64,000 bases of DNA from Niabella sp. (GCA_035434405.1 DAORWU010000013.1:22688-86687), one strand, 5' to 3'; positions 39,930 to 49,692 are shown, counted from the stretch's first letter. Notes: a model not told the origin generated them from the sequence alone. Program-made: numbers and translations.

Positions 39930-40991
39930 TTATTTATACAGAGGTTCAGTAAATCTGCTGTCCTCATCAGTTTCAAAATCCACTCTACCGCCAGCCTGAG
40001 GCATAAAGGTAACAACACTCAGGGTTTGTTTTGATTTGTTTAATCGCATCAACCGCATGGTTCCATTACCACCATTTCTATCTTTCGCCTTTTCGTAGGG
40101 AGGGTTTTGCCTGGACTGATAATCGGAAAGATAAGTCTTTATTGTATTACCATTGAAAGTGTCTTTTCTAAATCCTTCTCCGGCGATGTGTCCACCCAGC
40201 ATCATAAAGACATTTTCATGTTTTTTAGCCATTTCGTAAATATTTTTTCCTTGAGATGTGAACTTGCCTTCCAGCGAGTTATTGCCTGCTCCAGGTTTGT
40301 TACTACTACTAGATCCTTGGGGTTTACCTAACATGGCATGAGTTACCAGAATGCTTTTTCTGTCAGGATAGGCGGTAAGAACGCTATCTGCCCATTTCAG
40401 CATCCGTTGTTCATATTCGGCGTGATATCCTTTATAATTGGATAGATTAAACACAAAATACATGACAAGAAATTTTTCTCCATTTGCAGAAAAAACATCG
40501 AAATGTGTGTCATTATTATTGTTGTTCTCCAAAGAGCCACCATACCATTTCCGGTTTGCGAAACGAGCTTTTCCAAAATATCTGGTGTACTGGGTGGTAT
40601 CACTTCCAAGAGATGGCGTGCCATTGGGTGTTTGGTCATGGTTACCTACCGCCAGACCATAGGGCAACCCTGATGCATCCAACTGACTCATTAATTTATC
40701 TGCACGCTGCCATTCAACTGGTATGTTATGATCTGTAATATCACCTAAATGAATGACATAGGCAATCTTTTCCTTTTTGTGATTTTTCAAAATCCAGTCT
40801 ATCTGATTTTGAAACATCTGCATGGTACCACCATGCTTCAACGCTGTATAATATTGCGTATCTGGCAAAACTGCTATTGAAAAATATTCATCACCTTTCT
40901 CAATACCATAATCGGTAAGTACAGATGTTGTGTTACAACTGAAAAAACTAAGAATTAAAACGAATAAATAAAGATTTTTTTGCTTTGCCAT
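39930..40991 (-). CDS. Metallophosphoesterase (calcineurin-like), probable lipoprotein
   Basis: Motifs VLPDTQYY, HLGDITDH and GNHD. I prefer the ATG at 40991 (MAKQKNLYLFVLILSFFSC lipobox); the track start is 41036. Confidence 0.75.
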   Translation of the reverse strand: MAKQKNLYLFVLILSFFSCNTTSVLTDYGIEKGDEYFSIAVLPDTQYYTALKHGGTMQMFQNQIDWILKNHKKEKIAYVIHLGDITDHNIPVEWQRADKLMSQLDASGLPYGLAVGNHDQTPNGTPSLGSDTTQYTRYFGKARFANRKWYGGSLENNNNNDTHFDVFSANGEKFLVMYFVFNLSNYKGYHAEYEQRMLKWADSVLTAYPDRKSILVTHAMLGKPQGSSSSNKPGAGNNSLEGKFTSQGKNIYEMAKKHENVFMMLGGHIAGEGFRKDTFNGNTIKTYLSDYQSRQNPPYEKAKDRNGGNGTMRLMRLNKSKQTLSVVTFMPQAGGRVDFETDEDSRFTEPLYK

Positions 40992-41105
40992 GTTTCCTGC
41001 ATTTGAATTAGACGGCAATAATAGTAACAATTTCATTTCTAATCTTCATCTAAAGATTAAGAAATTGATACGATTACAGAAACAAATGTAGCAGACAACA
41101 CGCGA

Positions 41106-42647
41106 TTAATTCAAAGTAAGATTTACTACACTTAGCCTGGGCAGTTTTACAACCAATTCATTTTTGTCAAATGCGGCACCTGAAAATTTTGTCGGTACCA
41201 CTTTAAGCTTATTCTCAAATGTATTGACATCTGTAAAATGATTAGATGATAGAATTTGGCCATTGATGGTTTTGTATTTTTTACCTGCCAATGATATCCG
41301 GATTGTTACATCTTTCGAATGGTCGATATTTACCAAACTCACATGAACGCTGCCCAATGAATCCACAGAAGCCGAACCATTAACTGCCGCTAATTTACTC
41401 TCACCAAGTACATAGTCCGGTGAAGATAATTTTAGTGGTAATAATGTAGCATCCATGTGTTTTTTATACATATCGAAAATATAGTAGGTAGGTGTTAGCA
41501 GCATGTCGTTTCCTTTGGTCAGGATGATAGACTGCAACACATTTACAGCCTGAGCCAGATTTGCCATTCTCACTCTGTCAGCATGATTATTAAAAATGTT
41601 TAAGGTGGTAGCGGCAATCAATGCATCTCTTAAACTGTTTTGCTGATAAAGAAAGCCAGGATTGGTGCCAGGTTCCACATCAGTCCAGATACCCCATTCG
41701 TCCACGACCAAAGCTACTTTTTTATCCTTATCGTATTTATCCATTATTGCTGAGTGCTTGGTAACCAAGTCCTCCATTTTCAGGCAGTTCTTCATGGTAT
41801 TAAAATATTCTTTCTCATCAAACTCAGTGGCAGAACCTTTTTTACCCCAGTTACCAGTAGGTATTGTATAATAATGGAGACTGAGTCCCCACATTTGATT
41901 GAGCGGAATATTTTTCATCAATACTTCGGTCCATCTATAATCGTCGGCATTGGCACCACCAGCAATTTTTTTCAGCGGTGCACCTGGATAATTTCGGGTG
42001 TAGGTAGCATATCTTTTATAGAGATCAGCATAGAATTCAGGTGTCATATTTCCACCACAGCCCCAACTTTCATTACCCACACCCCAGTAAGTTACCTTCC
42101 AGGGCTTTTCTCTCCCATTTGCTTTGCGTAGTTCAGTAATGGTACTCACTGCAGGCGAATTTAAATACTCCACCCATTTGGCCATTTCTTCTACTGTCCC
42201 ACTTCCAACATTGCCGGCAATATAAGGCTCAGTGTTCAGCAAGCTGCTTAACTCTAAAAACTCATGAGTACCAAAACTATTATCTTCTGACACACCACCC
42301 CAGTTAGTGTTTACCATTTTTGGACGATCTACAGTTTTCCCAATTCCATCTCGCCAATGGTATTCATCAGCAAAACAGCCACCCGGCCAACGAAGATTGG
42401 GGATGTTTATTTTTTTGAGTGCCTCCACCACATCTAAGCGAATACGTCCCTGCTTTGGAACATCCAATTTTTCATTCACCCAAAAACCATCATAAATACA
42501 TCGTCCCAAATGTTCGGCAAAATGCCCGTAAATATGTTTACTGATCAGGGATTTCGGTTCTTTCACATCTAAAGTAGCAGTAGCCTCTTGACCATGCAGT
42601 CCTAAAATAGAAAAAGAAAGAAAAAGGAAAAAGAAAAATTTCTTCAT
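41106..42647 (-). CDS. abfA: Alpha-L-arabinofuranosidase (GH51)
   Basis: 513 aa with a signal peptide. [19 protein letters not shown]...[14 protein letters not shown]...[12 protein letters not shown] is the typical GH51 catalytic-domain pattern. Confidence 0.85.
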   Translation of the reverse strand: MKKFFFFLFLSFSILGLHGQEATATLDVKEPKSLISKHIYGHFAEHLGRCIYDGFWVNEKLDVPKQGRIRLDVVEALKKINIPNLRWPGGCFADEYHWRDGIGKTVDRPKMVNTNWGGVSEDNSFGTHEFLELSSLLNTEPYIAGNVGSGTVEEMAKWVEYLNSPAVSTITELRKANGREKPWKVTYWGVGNESWGCGGNMTPEFYADLYKRYATYTRNYPGAPLKKIAGGANADDYRWTEVLMKNIPLNQMWGLSLHYYTIPTGNWGKKGSATEFDEKEYFNTMKNCLKMEDLVTKHSAIMDKYDKDKKVALVVDEWGIWTDVEPGTNPGFLYQQNSLRDALIAATTLNIFNNHADRVRMANLAQAVNVLQSIILTKGNDMLLTPTYYIFDMYKKHMDATLLPLKLSSPDYVLGESKLAAVNGSASVDSLGSVHVSLVNIDHSKDVTIRISLAGKKYKTINGQILSSNHFTDVNTFENKLKVVPTKFSGAAFDKNELVVKLPRLSVVNLTLN

Positions 42648-42728
42648 GGCAATTTTTTATTTGTTTAATAAACAATTAAAAATAGGAAATAATTTTCTAA
42701 TCGAAAAAACTAGTTTTCTTATGCCTTC

Positions 42729-43169
42729 TCCAATTAAAGCGGTGGTCTACCCATTTTGTTTTAATAAAGATGCGAGTGTAAATGCTTCTTTAGGTAAAGG
42801 TTTTTGACCACACTCGGAAGAATCGGCAAAACCTCCCAACTCAAAATTTCCTTTGATGTAAGTATGGCCACTATGCATTCAGGGCATTACCATACAATGT
42901 GCAAGGGTGCAGTAAACCGGTATGTTCGAATAATGCTGTGTGAAACGCATTCCTTATTTTGCCATCCTTTTGCAAATAAGGTGTTTCTATTTTTGATTGA
43001 CCCTAAGCACCCAACTCGCCATATCTCAAATCATCGGCATAGATGTAAATAATATTTGGCCTGGCTGGTTTTATTTTTTTTTATTATTATTTTGTGCATT
43101 GGCACCTGAAAGGGAATTAAAGATAAAATTCAAACAAAACAATGACTTAATATAAGTTGATTATGGCAT
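42729..43169 (-). pseudogene. Decayed N-terminal remnant of a sulfatase gene
   Basis: My minus-strand translation gives a signal-peptide-like ...KSLFCLNFIFNSLSGANAQNNNKKK, followed by a frameshift in an A9 run (rc of T9 at 43074-43082). Next comes PARPNIIYIYADDLRYGELGA*GQSKIETP (TAG at 43003-43005 where Tyr is expected), then another frameshift. It continues GMRFTQHYSNIPVYCTLAHCMVMP*MHSGHTYIKGNFE...LPKEAFTLASLLKQNG*TTALIG. Similarity stops about 80 bp upstream of the GH51 start. Confidence 0.6.
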
Positions 43170-43373
43170 TTGGATATTGATGAATTGAAAGTTAGATTTT
43201 TTGGGGAGATGGTAAGCACAATCAATGAAAGGTATTTAAGATTCTGACCTAAAAGAAGTAAGAATATTATTGGGGTAGAAAGTGGAGATGTTTAGTATCT
43301 AAATAATAAAGACTTTTTCAGATTACTTTTTGGAAGCTTATTAAACAATATTGTTCACCACCAATTCTTTATG

Positions 43374-43459
43374 TGCCCGAGACTGGATTCGAACCAGCAC
43401 GCCGTGTTAACAGCGCTACCACCTCAAGGTAGTGCGTCTACCAATTTCGCCACCCGGGC
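43374..43459 (-). tRNA. tRNA-Leu (anticodon GAG)
   Basis: The reverse complement is GCCCGGGTGGCGAAATTGGTAGACGCACTACCTTGAGGTGGTAGCGCTGTTAACACGGCGTGCTGGTTCGAATCCAGTCTCGGGCA. It has a 7-bp acceptor stem, anticodon stem CTACC/GGTAG with loop TTGAGGT, a long variable arm and a TTCGAAT T-loop. CCA is not encoded. Confidence 0.9.
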
Positions 43460-43585
43460 ATAACCTTTTTAACAGAACTGAAAACCTTTTTTCAAAAGCC
43501 CGGCAAAGATAAAGGCAGAATAGCAAAAATTCAAATCATAGATTGGGTTTTATTTTACCCTTTGCTAATTAGGTAGGGGCATAAT

Positions 43586-44400
43586 TTACTTGTAAAATAA
43601 ATTTTTGATATCATTGGAATTCTTAAACTCAGGAGTTGCTTTTATTTTCACTTTTGAGAAAACGCAATTCTCTATTGTATTTCCATGGCCGCTATTCAAT
43701 TTTAGGTTTGCCATTCCACCTCCGCCTTCAAAACTACAATTGGCTATCCTATTTTTTTGAGGAGCTATATTGGCTGTTTGTGGTGCATCATACAATTTAT
43801 CCATCTCGTCACTACTCAGATTCTCCAGTTTTGTTTTCTTCTTTGACATTTTCTTTTGATAAACCCAATTGTCTTTGGGCTTCCCTTTGTTTTCACCATT
43901 TCCATCTCCCTTTTCCTATAGTGTTTTCATATTTGCACCTCCTTAAAACTTTACGTTCACAAGAGTATTGTCGTAACAACCATAAACCTAATCGCCAATC
44001 ATGAAACATTTACTGGATAATTGACTACATAATTTTTCTCTGCCAATATTTCTCCCCTGTCTTTTGAAGCAGCATCCACAGCCTTCTGAAAGGCAGCACC
44101 ATCAATAGTTATGTTCAAATCCATCACACCAGGATATTCCTTTCGAGCACTTTCTATGCTACTAAATTTTTCAGACAAAGGATGTACTTTTCCATCTGCA
44201 ATGGCACCAAACATTTCAGGAGTATACATTTTACCAATAGGTTTTCGGTTGATGGCTTCATCGCGCAAAGAATCCTCAATGGATTTTTTCACTTCGTGTT
44301 TAAATGCAGATTTGCCGGTAATAGATAATAGATTGTCGGCAAAAACATGACCGATGCCGAAGCATGCAAATGAGCTCAAAAACAATAGGACTATTTTCAT
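43586..44400 (-). pseudogene. Fragmented right-handed beta-helix (pectate-lyase-superfamily-like) secreted protein
   Basis: ORF 43999..44400 has a signal peptide and FGAIADGKVHPLSEKFSSIESARKEYPGVMDLNITIDGAAFQKAVDAAS, like the N-terminus of Pectate_lyase_3/tailspike-like proteins. ORF 43586..43849 has NRIANCSFEGGGGMANLKLNSGHGNTIENCVF, like a beta-helix coil. The 149-nt gap between them reads YDNTLVNVKF*GGANMKTL*EKGDGNG... in the frame of the downstream ORF. At about 270 aa in total, it is far shorter than typical family members. Confidence 0.4.
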
Positions 44401-44523
44401 TGAATATATTTATTGAAATTCATCAACCTAAACGATGGCTTTGATCTAAAGAAAAACTTATCTAATTTATGATACCCTATTAATACAATGGTTTAATGCA
44501 TAAAAAACTTTAGTTATCCTCAC

Positions 44524-44552
44524 AAAAAAAAGCAGCCTGTAAAAGACTGCTT
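44524..44552 (-). terminator. Rho-independent terminator after lepA
   Basis: The minus strand reads AAGCAG-tcttttacagg-CTGCTT followed by T8 (rc of A-run 44524-44531), 25 nt after the lepA stop. Confidence 0.65.
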
Positions 44553-44577
44553 CAAAATATTTTAAAACGGAAAAGAT

Positions 44578-46371
44578 TTAATCATCCAACTTCAACACCG
44601 CCAAGAATGCTTCCTGTGGCACTTCCACATTACCTATCTGGCGCATACGTTTCTTCCCTTCTTTTTGCTTTTCCAATAGTTTACGCTTACGGCTGATATC
44701 ACCACCATAGCATTTTGCGGTTACATCCTTACGCATGGCCGAAATATTTTCCCTTGCTACAATCTTGGCTCCAATGGCGGCCTGAATGGCAATCTGAAAT
44801 TGCTGCCGTGGCAACAATTCTTTCAATTTCTCACATAGCTTTCGACCAAATTCCTGCGCACGACCTCTGTGAATCAATGCACTCAAGGCATCTACTTTTT
44901 CATTGTTTAGCAGGATATCCATTTTCACAATATCACTATCTCGATAGCCCAATGGGTGGTAGTCGAAGGATGCATACCCACGGGTTTGTGATTTTAATTT
45001 ATCATAAAAATCAAATACAATTTCTGTCAAAGGCATTTCAAATATCAGTTCCACCCGAGATGTGGTCAAGTAACTTTGATTTATCAATATACCGCGTTTA
45101 CCCAAACACAATGTCATGATATTTCCAATATAATCGGGTTTGGTGATTATTTGAGCCTTGATAAATGGCTCCTCAATTCTGTCTGTTTTTACAGGATCGG
45201 GGAACTCTGTTGGATTATTTACAATAATCTTTTCATGCTTAGTGGTGTATGCTATAAAGCTTACGTTTGGGACAGTGGTAATCACCGTTTGATTAAACTC
45301 ACGCTCCAGACGCTCCTGAATAATCTCCATGTGCAACATGCCCAAAAATCCGCAACGAAATCCAAAACCCAATGCCTGAGAGGTTTCCAGCTCAAAGGTC
45401 AGTGAGGCATCATTCAGTTGAAGTTTTTCCATACAATCACGCAATTCCTCAAACTCATCTGTATTTACCGGATAAATACCGGCGAACACCATTGGTTTCA
45501 CTTCCTCAAAACCTTTAATAGCCACAGGATTTTGATTGCTAGCCAGCGCAATGGCATCTCCCACTTTCACTTCCTTGGCGTTCTTAATTCCCGTGATGAT
45601 ATAACCTACATCTCCTGCTTTCACTTCATCCGTAGGAGTCATTTTCAGTTTCAGAATACCAATTTCATCGGCTTCATATTCCTGTCCTGTACTCACAAAT
45701 TTCACTTTATCTCCTTTCTTTATAGTTCCGTTTAGGATTCTATAATAAACGATAATTCCTCTGAAACTATTGAAAATGCTGTCAAAAATCAATGCCTGCA
45801 AAGGAGCTGTTTCATTTCCTGTGGGTGCAGGAATTCTTTCCACGATGGCTTCCAGCACTTCATCTATTCCGAGTCCGGTACGTCCGCTGGCCAGTAATAT
45901 TTCTTCGGGTTTGCAGCCAATCAGGTCAATAATCTGATCTTTCACTTCATCGATCATAGCACCATCCATATCAATTTTATTGATGACAGGGATGATTTCC
46001 AAATCGTTTTCAATTGCCAGATACAGATTGCTGATGGTTTGAGCCTGAATACCTTGCGCGGCATCCACCAATAGCAAAGCACCTTCGCAGGCAGCCAGTG
46101 CACGGCTCACTTCGTAGCTAAAATCCACGTGACCGGGCGTATCAATCAGGTTGAGCACAAACTCTTCTCCACTTTTTGCCTTATAATTAATTTGAATGGC
46201 ATGGCTCTTGATCGTAATACCTTTCTCACGTTCCAGATCCATATCATCCAACACCTGATCCTTCATATCGCGGTCGCTGATGGTATTGGTTGCTTGCAAC
46301 AATCTATCTGCTAGCGTACTTTTGCCATGATCAATATGTGCAATAATGCAAAAATTCCTAATATGCTTCAT
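44578..46371 (-). CDS. lepA: Elongation factor 4 (LepA)
   Basis: 597 aa with [22 protein letters not shown]...DTPGHVDF and the LepA-specific C-terminal domain. Confidence 0.95.
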   Translation of the reverse strand: MKHIRNFCIIAHIDHGKSTLADRLLQATNTISDRDMKDQVLDDMDLEREKGITIKSHAIQINYKAKSGEEFVLNLIDTPGHVDFSYEVSRALAACEGALLLVDAAQGIQAQTISNLYLAIENDLEIIPVINKIDMDGAMIDEVKDQIIDLIGCKPEEILLASGRTGLGIDEVLEAIVERIPAPTGNETAPLQALIFDSIFNSFRGIIVYYRILNGTIKKGDKVKFVSTGQEYEADEIGILKLKMTPTDEVKAGDVGYIITGIKNAKEVKVGDAIALASNQNPVAIKGFEEVKPMVFAGIYPVNTDEFEELRDCMEKLQLNDASLTFELETSQALGFGFRCGFLGMLHMEIIQERLEREFNQTVITTVPNVSFIAYTTKHEKIIVNNPTEFPDPVKTDRIEEPFIKAQIITKPDYIGNIMTLCLGKRGILINQSYLTTSRVELIFEMPLTEIVFDFYDKLKSQTRGYASFDYHPLGYRDSDIVKMDILLNNEKVDALSALIHRGRAQEFGRKLCEKLKELLPRQQFQIAIQAAIGAKIVARENISAMRKDVTAKCYGGDISRKRKLLEKQKEGKKRMRQIGNVEVPQEAFLAVLKLDD

Positions 46372-46398
46372 TTCTTAAAAAACCCTTTTTGAGGCGGG

Positions 46399-46406
46399 CA
46401 AAGGTA
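46399..46406 (-). promoter_or_regulatory. Bacteroidota-type -7 box (TACCTTTG) upstream of lepA
   Basis: The reverse complement of caaaggta matches the TAnnTTTG consensus, 27 nt upstream of the lepA ATG. Confidence 0.35.
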
Positions 46407-46645
46407 CAGGAAATAATCATGTGAAATTCAGTACACCCAATCCCCCCAATCCCGACTCAGGCTACTCGCATTTGAAGGCAATCATTACTAAACAGATTTG
46501 TATCAATAGGCTAATCTTTGCGCTTTTAACGTCCGACAGCTTTGCGATGGTGGGCAATCGAAGCACTTCCGTTCGGCAAATGTACAAATGTTCAATTTTG
46601 CACTTCAGCCCCGCTATTGCAAAACTACTTGCTACCAGCTTTGTT

Positions 46646-47176
46646 TTAGTTTTTCAGTTCAATAATCAAGTCGCTATACGATTTGGCAACTACATTTTTT
46701 TCTGTCAGTTCAAAGAAATTGAAATATTTGTCGCATTGAGTTTTCAGTTCTTCGATGCTAAATTCTTCTTTTTCGTCTATTGCTTCTACCTCAACAAATG
46801 TTCCTAAATTCTCGACTATGTCAAAATGAAATTTTACGTTGTCAATAAAATAAATCTTTCGGATTTTGTCAACCACGATTTTTATTCCAAACTGTCTTGC
46901 CAAAATGTCTTTTAATGCAATATTTGGTTCGTGCTTGTAAAGTATTATTTCTGATTTTTTTGAGCCAGCAATATTCTCTCTGTCATAATTTATCAATGAA
47001 TTTTCAATGTTCCCTTCTCTCAATTTTAGTCTGCCATGTTGAACATTGAAGTATGTGTCTATTTGGTGGTCAAGTCCATTGAATTTAGGTTTTAATGTTA
47101 GTAATTTGTTTTCATATTTTTCAATTTCGTCAACTTTTGCTTTAAATTCTAAATTCTTAATGTTCATATCCGACAA
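46646..47176 (-). CDS. CYTH domain protein (class IV adenylate cyclase / triphosphate tunnel metalloenzyme family)
   Basis: 176 aa with a CyaB-like pattern NLEFKAKV...Q.DTYF....GRLKLRE.....LI.Y.R......K.S......VDKIRKIYF.DNVKFHFD.VE.LG.FVEVE. The N-terminal motif reads N-x-E-x-K rather than the canonical E-x-E-x-K. Confidence 0.75.
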   Translation of the reverse strand: MSDMNIKNLEFKAKVDEIEKYENKLLTLKPKFNGLDHQIDTYFNVQHGRLKLREGNIENSLINYDRENIAGSKKSEIILYKHEPNIALKDILARQFGIKIVVDKIRKIYFIDNVKFHFDIVENLGTFVEVEAIDEKEEFSIEELKTQCDKYFNFFELTEKNVVAKSYSDLIIELKN

Positions 47177-47218
47177 TGATTTTTGTTTTTCTACGAGGTC
47201 GGTTAAAATAGTTTGTAA

Positions 47219-47776
47219 CTATAAGTTTTTAATTTCAAGTTCGCCTAATTTCAACATGGCATATAACATACAGGTAACATGCATGGATTGGATAAACTCA
47301 TTATTATAAAACATCCTTTTAAACTCCTCCATCGAAAATAGTTCGATCACAATTTCCTCATTCGGATCTAGGGTTTGTTCAGATGTTTTTTTTCCGCCGG
47401 TTGCCAGAAACATGTGCATCCAATTGTTATTGGTAGAGGGGTTGGCACAGGTTTTACCTAGATATTCATAATTTGAAAATTCATACCCGGTTTCTTCCAG
47501 CAGTTCTCTTTTGATAGCGGCTTCCAGATTGGAATCTTCTTCATCCACACATCCTCCCGGGATTTCCCAACAGGTCTCCCCTATTGCATGGCGGTATTGC
47601 TTTTCCATAACCACTTTGTTATCTTCTGTCAATGCGAAGCAGGTAACCCAGGTAGGAAACTCATATACATAATAAGGATTCACAATTTTGCCTTGTGGCG
47701 TTTCACATTTGTCCTTTCGAACTTTGAACCACAAATCATCAAACAATTGTTCCGACTCCAATATTTTCCAATTCAT
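47219..47776 (-). CDS. NUDIX hydrolase (ADP-ribose pyrophosphatase-like)
   Basis: 185 aa with Nudix box GGCVDEEDSNLEAAIKRELLEETGY. It lies 42 bp upstream of the CYTH gene on the same strand. Confidence 0.85.
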   Translation of the reverse strand: MNWKILESEQLFDDLWFKVRKDKCETPQGKIVNPYYVYEFPTWVTCFALTEDNKVVMEKQYRHAIGETCWEIPGGCVDEEDSNLEAAIKRELLEETGYEFSNYEYLGKTCANPSTNNNWMHMFLATGGKKTSEQTLDPNEEIVIELFSMEEFKRMFYNNEFIQSMHVTCMLYAMLKLGELEIKNL

Positions 47777-47876
47777 ATCACGTACTTGTTATCATTAATT
47801 TTTTTGGTTAATGGAACTAATCATAAACAATAAAATCGTCTAATTGAATATTAAATCCAAAATAATATTTCTACCC

Positions 47877-48404
47877 TCACCAATTCATTTTTGCTCTCAA
47901 TCCATTGATTTGTGCCACATGATGACGGCCATGCCAGGCATACATCTGCAATAAAAACCATAAAGAGATCTGTTTTTTCATGCCTGTGTGATAACCGGTT
48001 TTTGTCCAGTCTTCCTCCTTCAAATTCTTCAGCGCTTCAAACCATCTTTTGTGCAAAGCAAATAATAAAGTAACGGAGATATTGATCGGTAAACATTTAA
48101 CATCCTCCAATTGGATCCATAAATTTTCATCGTAAGGAACAAATGTTGGATTCTCCTCCGTTATTAATAACTTAAACCGTATATATGCATTGATATGGCT
48201 GTCTGCTATATGATGCACCAACTGATGCAAGGTCCATCCACCGTCCCTATAAGGAGTATGTAATTGTACTTCATCCAGATTTGTTATGGCCGCTTCCAGT
48301 GCATTGGGCAGAAATTGTATATCTGCCAATGCACTTTCTTTTAATGCCTCAGTGAATTCAGACACCTGAAATTTACCTATCGGATATTGATTTTCAATTT
48401 CCAT
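47877..48404 (-). CDS. DinB/YfiT-family putative metal-dependent hydrolase or thiol transferase
   Basis: 175 aa with YPIGKF...WTLHQLVHHIADSH...HGRHHVAQI, the histidine triad of the YfiT/DinB_2 fold. Confidence 0.75.
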   Translation of the reverse strand: MEIENQYPIGKFQVSEFTEALKESALADIQFLPNALEAAITNLDEVQLHTPYRDGGWTLHQLVHHIADSHINAYIRFKLLITEENPTFVPYDENLWIQLEDVKCLPINISVTLLFALHKRWFEALKNLKEEDWTKTGYHTGMKKQISLWFLLQMYAWHGRHHVAQINGLRAKMNW

Positions 48405-48406
48405 CC

Positions 48407-48844
48407 CTAGCGGTTTACTTTTAGCAATTCCACTTCAAACATCAGGGTTGCTCCTCCCGGAATATCTGCTCCTGCCCCCCTGTCTCCATAGGCCAGTTCC
48501 GATGGAATCCACAAACGCCAATGGCTTCCTTCCTTCATCAATGGAATGGCCATTTGCCAACCCTGAATCAATTGGGTAAGCCTTGCGGTGAACGGCTGAT
48601 TTCTTTTGAATGAACTATCAAACTCCCGACCATTTAATAAAGCACCCTTATAATGGGCAGTAATAGAATCTGAAAGGGCGGGCTGCAAACCTGTACCCGT
48701 TTTTAATACTTCATATTGAATGCCTCCCTCAAGGGTAAAAACGCCTTCGTTTACTTTATTCTTTTCTAAAAAATCGCGGCCTTCCTGTTTTTGTTTTTCA
48801 ATTTTTTCGTTCATTTTTGCTTGTAATTTTTGTTGTAAATTCAT
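48407..48844 (-). CDS. FKBP-type peptidyl-prolyl cis-trans isomerase
   Basis: 145 aa with HYKGALLNGREFDSSF...GWQMAI..M.EGSHWRLWIPSELAYG...IPGGATLMFEVELL. Confidence 0.85.
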   Translation of the reverse strand: MNLQQKLQAKMNEKIEKQKQEGRDFLEKNKVNEGVFTLEGGIQYEVLKTGTGLQPALSDSITAHYKGALLNGREFDSSFKRNQPFTARLTQLIQGWQMAIPLMKEGSHWRLWIPSELAYGDRGAGADIPGGATLMFEVELLKVNR

Positions 48845-48930
48845 TTATAATAACTTTCGCTTATCGGTTTTTTTAATACTTTTTACATAACCTTTTACAT
48901 CAAACCTCCAATCATTCCTAACTTAGGTTT

Positions 48931-49692
48931 TCAGTCCTCTCTCAAGGATTTTCCGGTTAGATGAATAAACACATCCTCTAGATTGGCTTTCTTCACTTCT
49001 CTGATTCTTTCAAAACCAGAGGCTACCAAATCATCTACCAATTGATCCGGCGTGGCCAGTGCCACAATATTTCCTGAATCAATAATAGCAATTCGATCAC
49101 AGAGATATTCTGCCTCGTCCATATAATGAGTGGTAATGATCACTGTAGTACCCCCTGCTTTTATCTCTTTGATCAGTTCCCACAAATTTCTTCTTGCCTG
49201 AGGATCGAGTCCGGTGGTGGGTTCGTCCAAAAAAATTACTTTAGGTTTATTAATGAGTGTTGTTGCTACCGAAAAACGTTGCTTCTGCCCACCACTGAGT
49301 TCTTTGTACTGCGACCTAGCTTTTTCCAGTAGGTTTACCGATTTCAGTAGCTGATGCGCATCCACTGACTGATTATACAAACCAGCAAACAAATCGATCA
49401 ATTGCACCAAGTTGAGTCCCGGATAATAGCTACTGGATTGCAATTGCACACCTATAATGCCTTTTATCCTTTCTGGATGTTGATCCAAATCGATACCATT
49501 AACCAATACAGTACCGCTTGTTTTTTTTCGAAGGGTTTCAATAATTTCCAAAGTAGTGGACTTTCCGGCACCATTGGGTCCTAATAAACCAAAAATTTCA
49601 TTTTCATACACATCAAATGAGATGCCTTTTACCGCATTAAAATCTCCATAATTTTTCACTAAATCTTTTACCGAAATCATCACATTACTCAT
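48931..49692 (-). CDS. ABC transporter ATP-binding protein (no adjacent permease)
   Basis: 253 aa with Walker A GPNGAGKST, signature LSGGQKQR and Walker B IFLDEPTTGLD. Confidence 0.85.
   Translation of the reverse strand: MSNVMISVKDLVKNYGDFNAVKGISFDVYENEIFGLLGPNGAGKSTTLEIIETLRKKTSGTVLVNGIDLDQHPERIKGIIGVQLQSSSYYPGLNLVQLIDLFAGLYNQSVDAHQLLKSVNLLEKARSQYKELSGGQKQRFSVATTLINKPKVIFLDEPTTGLDPQARRNLWELIKEIKAGGTTVIITTHYMDEAEYLCDRIAIIDSGNIVALATPDQLVDDLVASGFERIREVKKANLEDVFIHLTGKSLRED

Noticed and set aside
42804-43052. 82-aa plus-strand track ORF
   Set aside because: The opposite strand carries clear sulfatase-like blocks (a pseudogene). The plus-strand ORF is His/Cys-rich and is best explained as its antisense shadow.
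46436-46453. Tandem CCCAATCC-c-CCCAATCC (G-rich on the lepA strand), considered as a G-quadruplex or -33 element
   Set aside because: Only three usable G3 tracts with non-zero loops are present, so a canonical G4 cannot form. The spacing to the TACCTTTG -7 box (about 30 nt) is too long for a -33 element.
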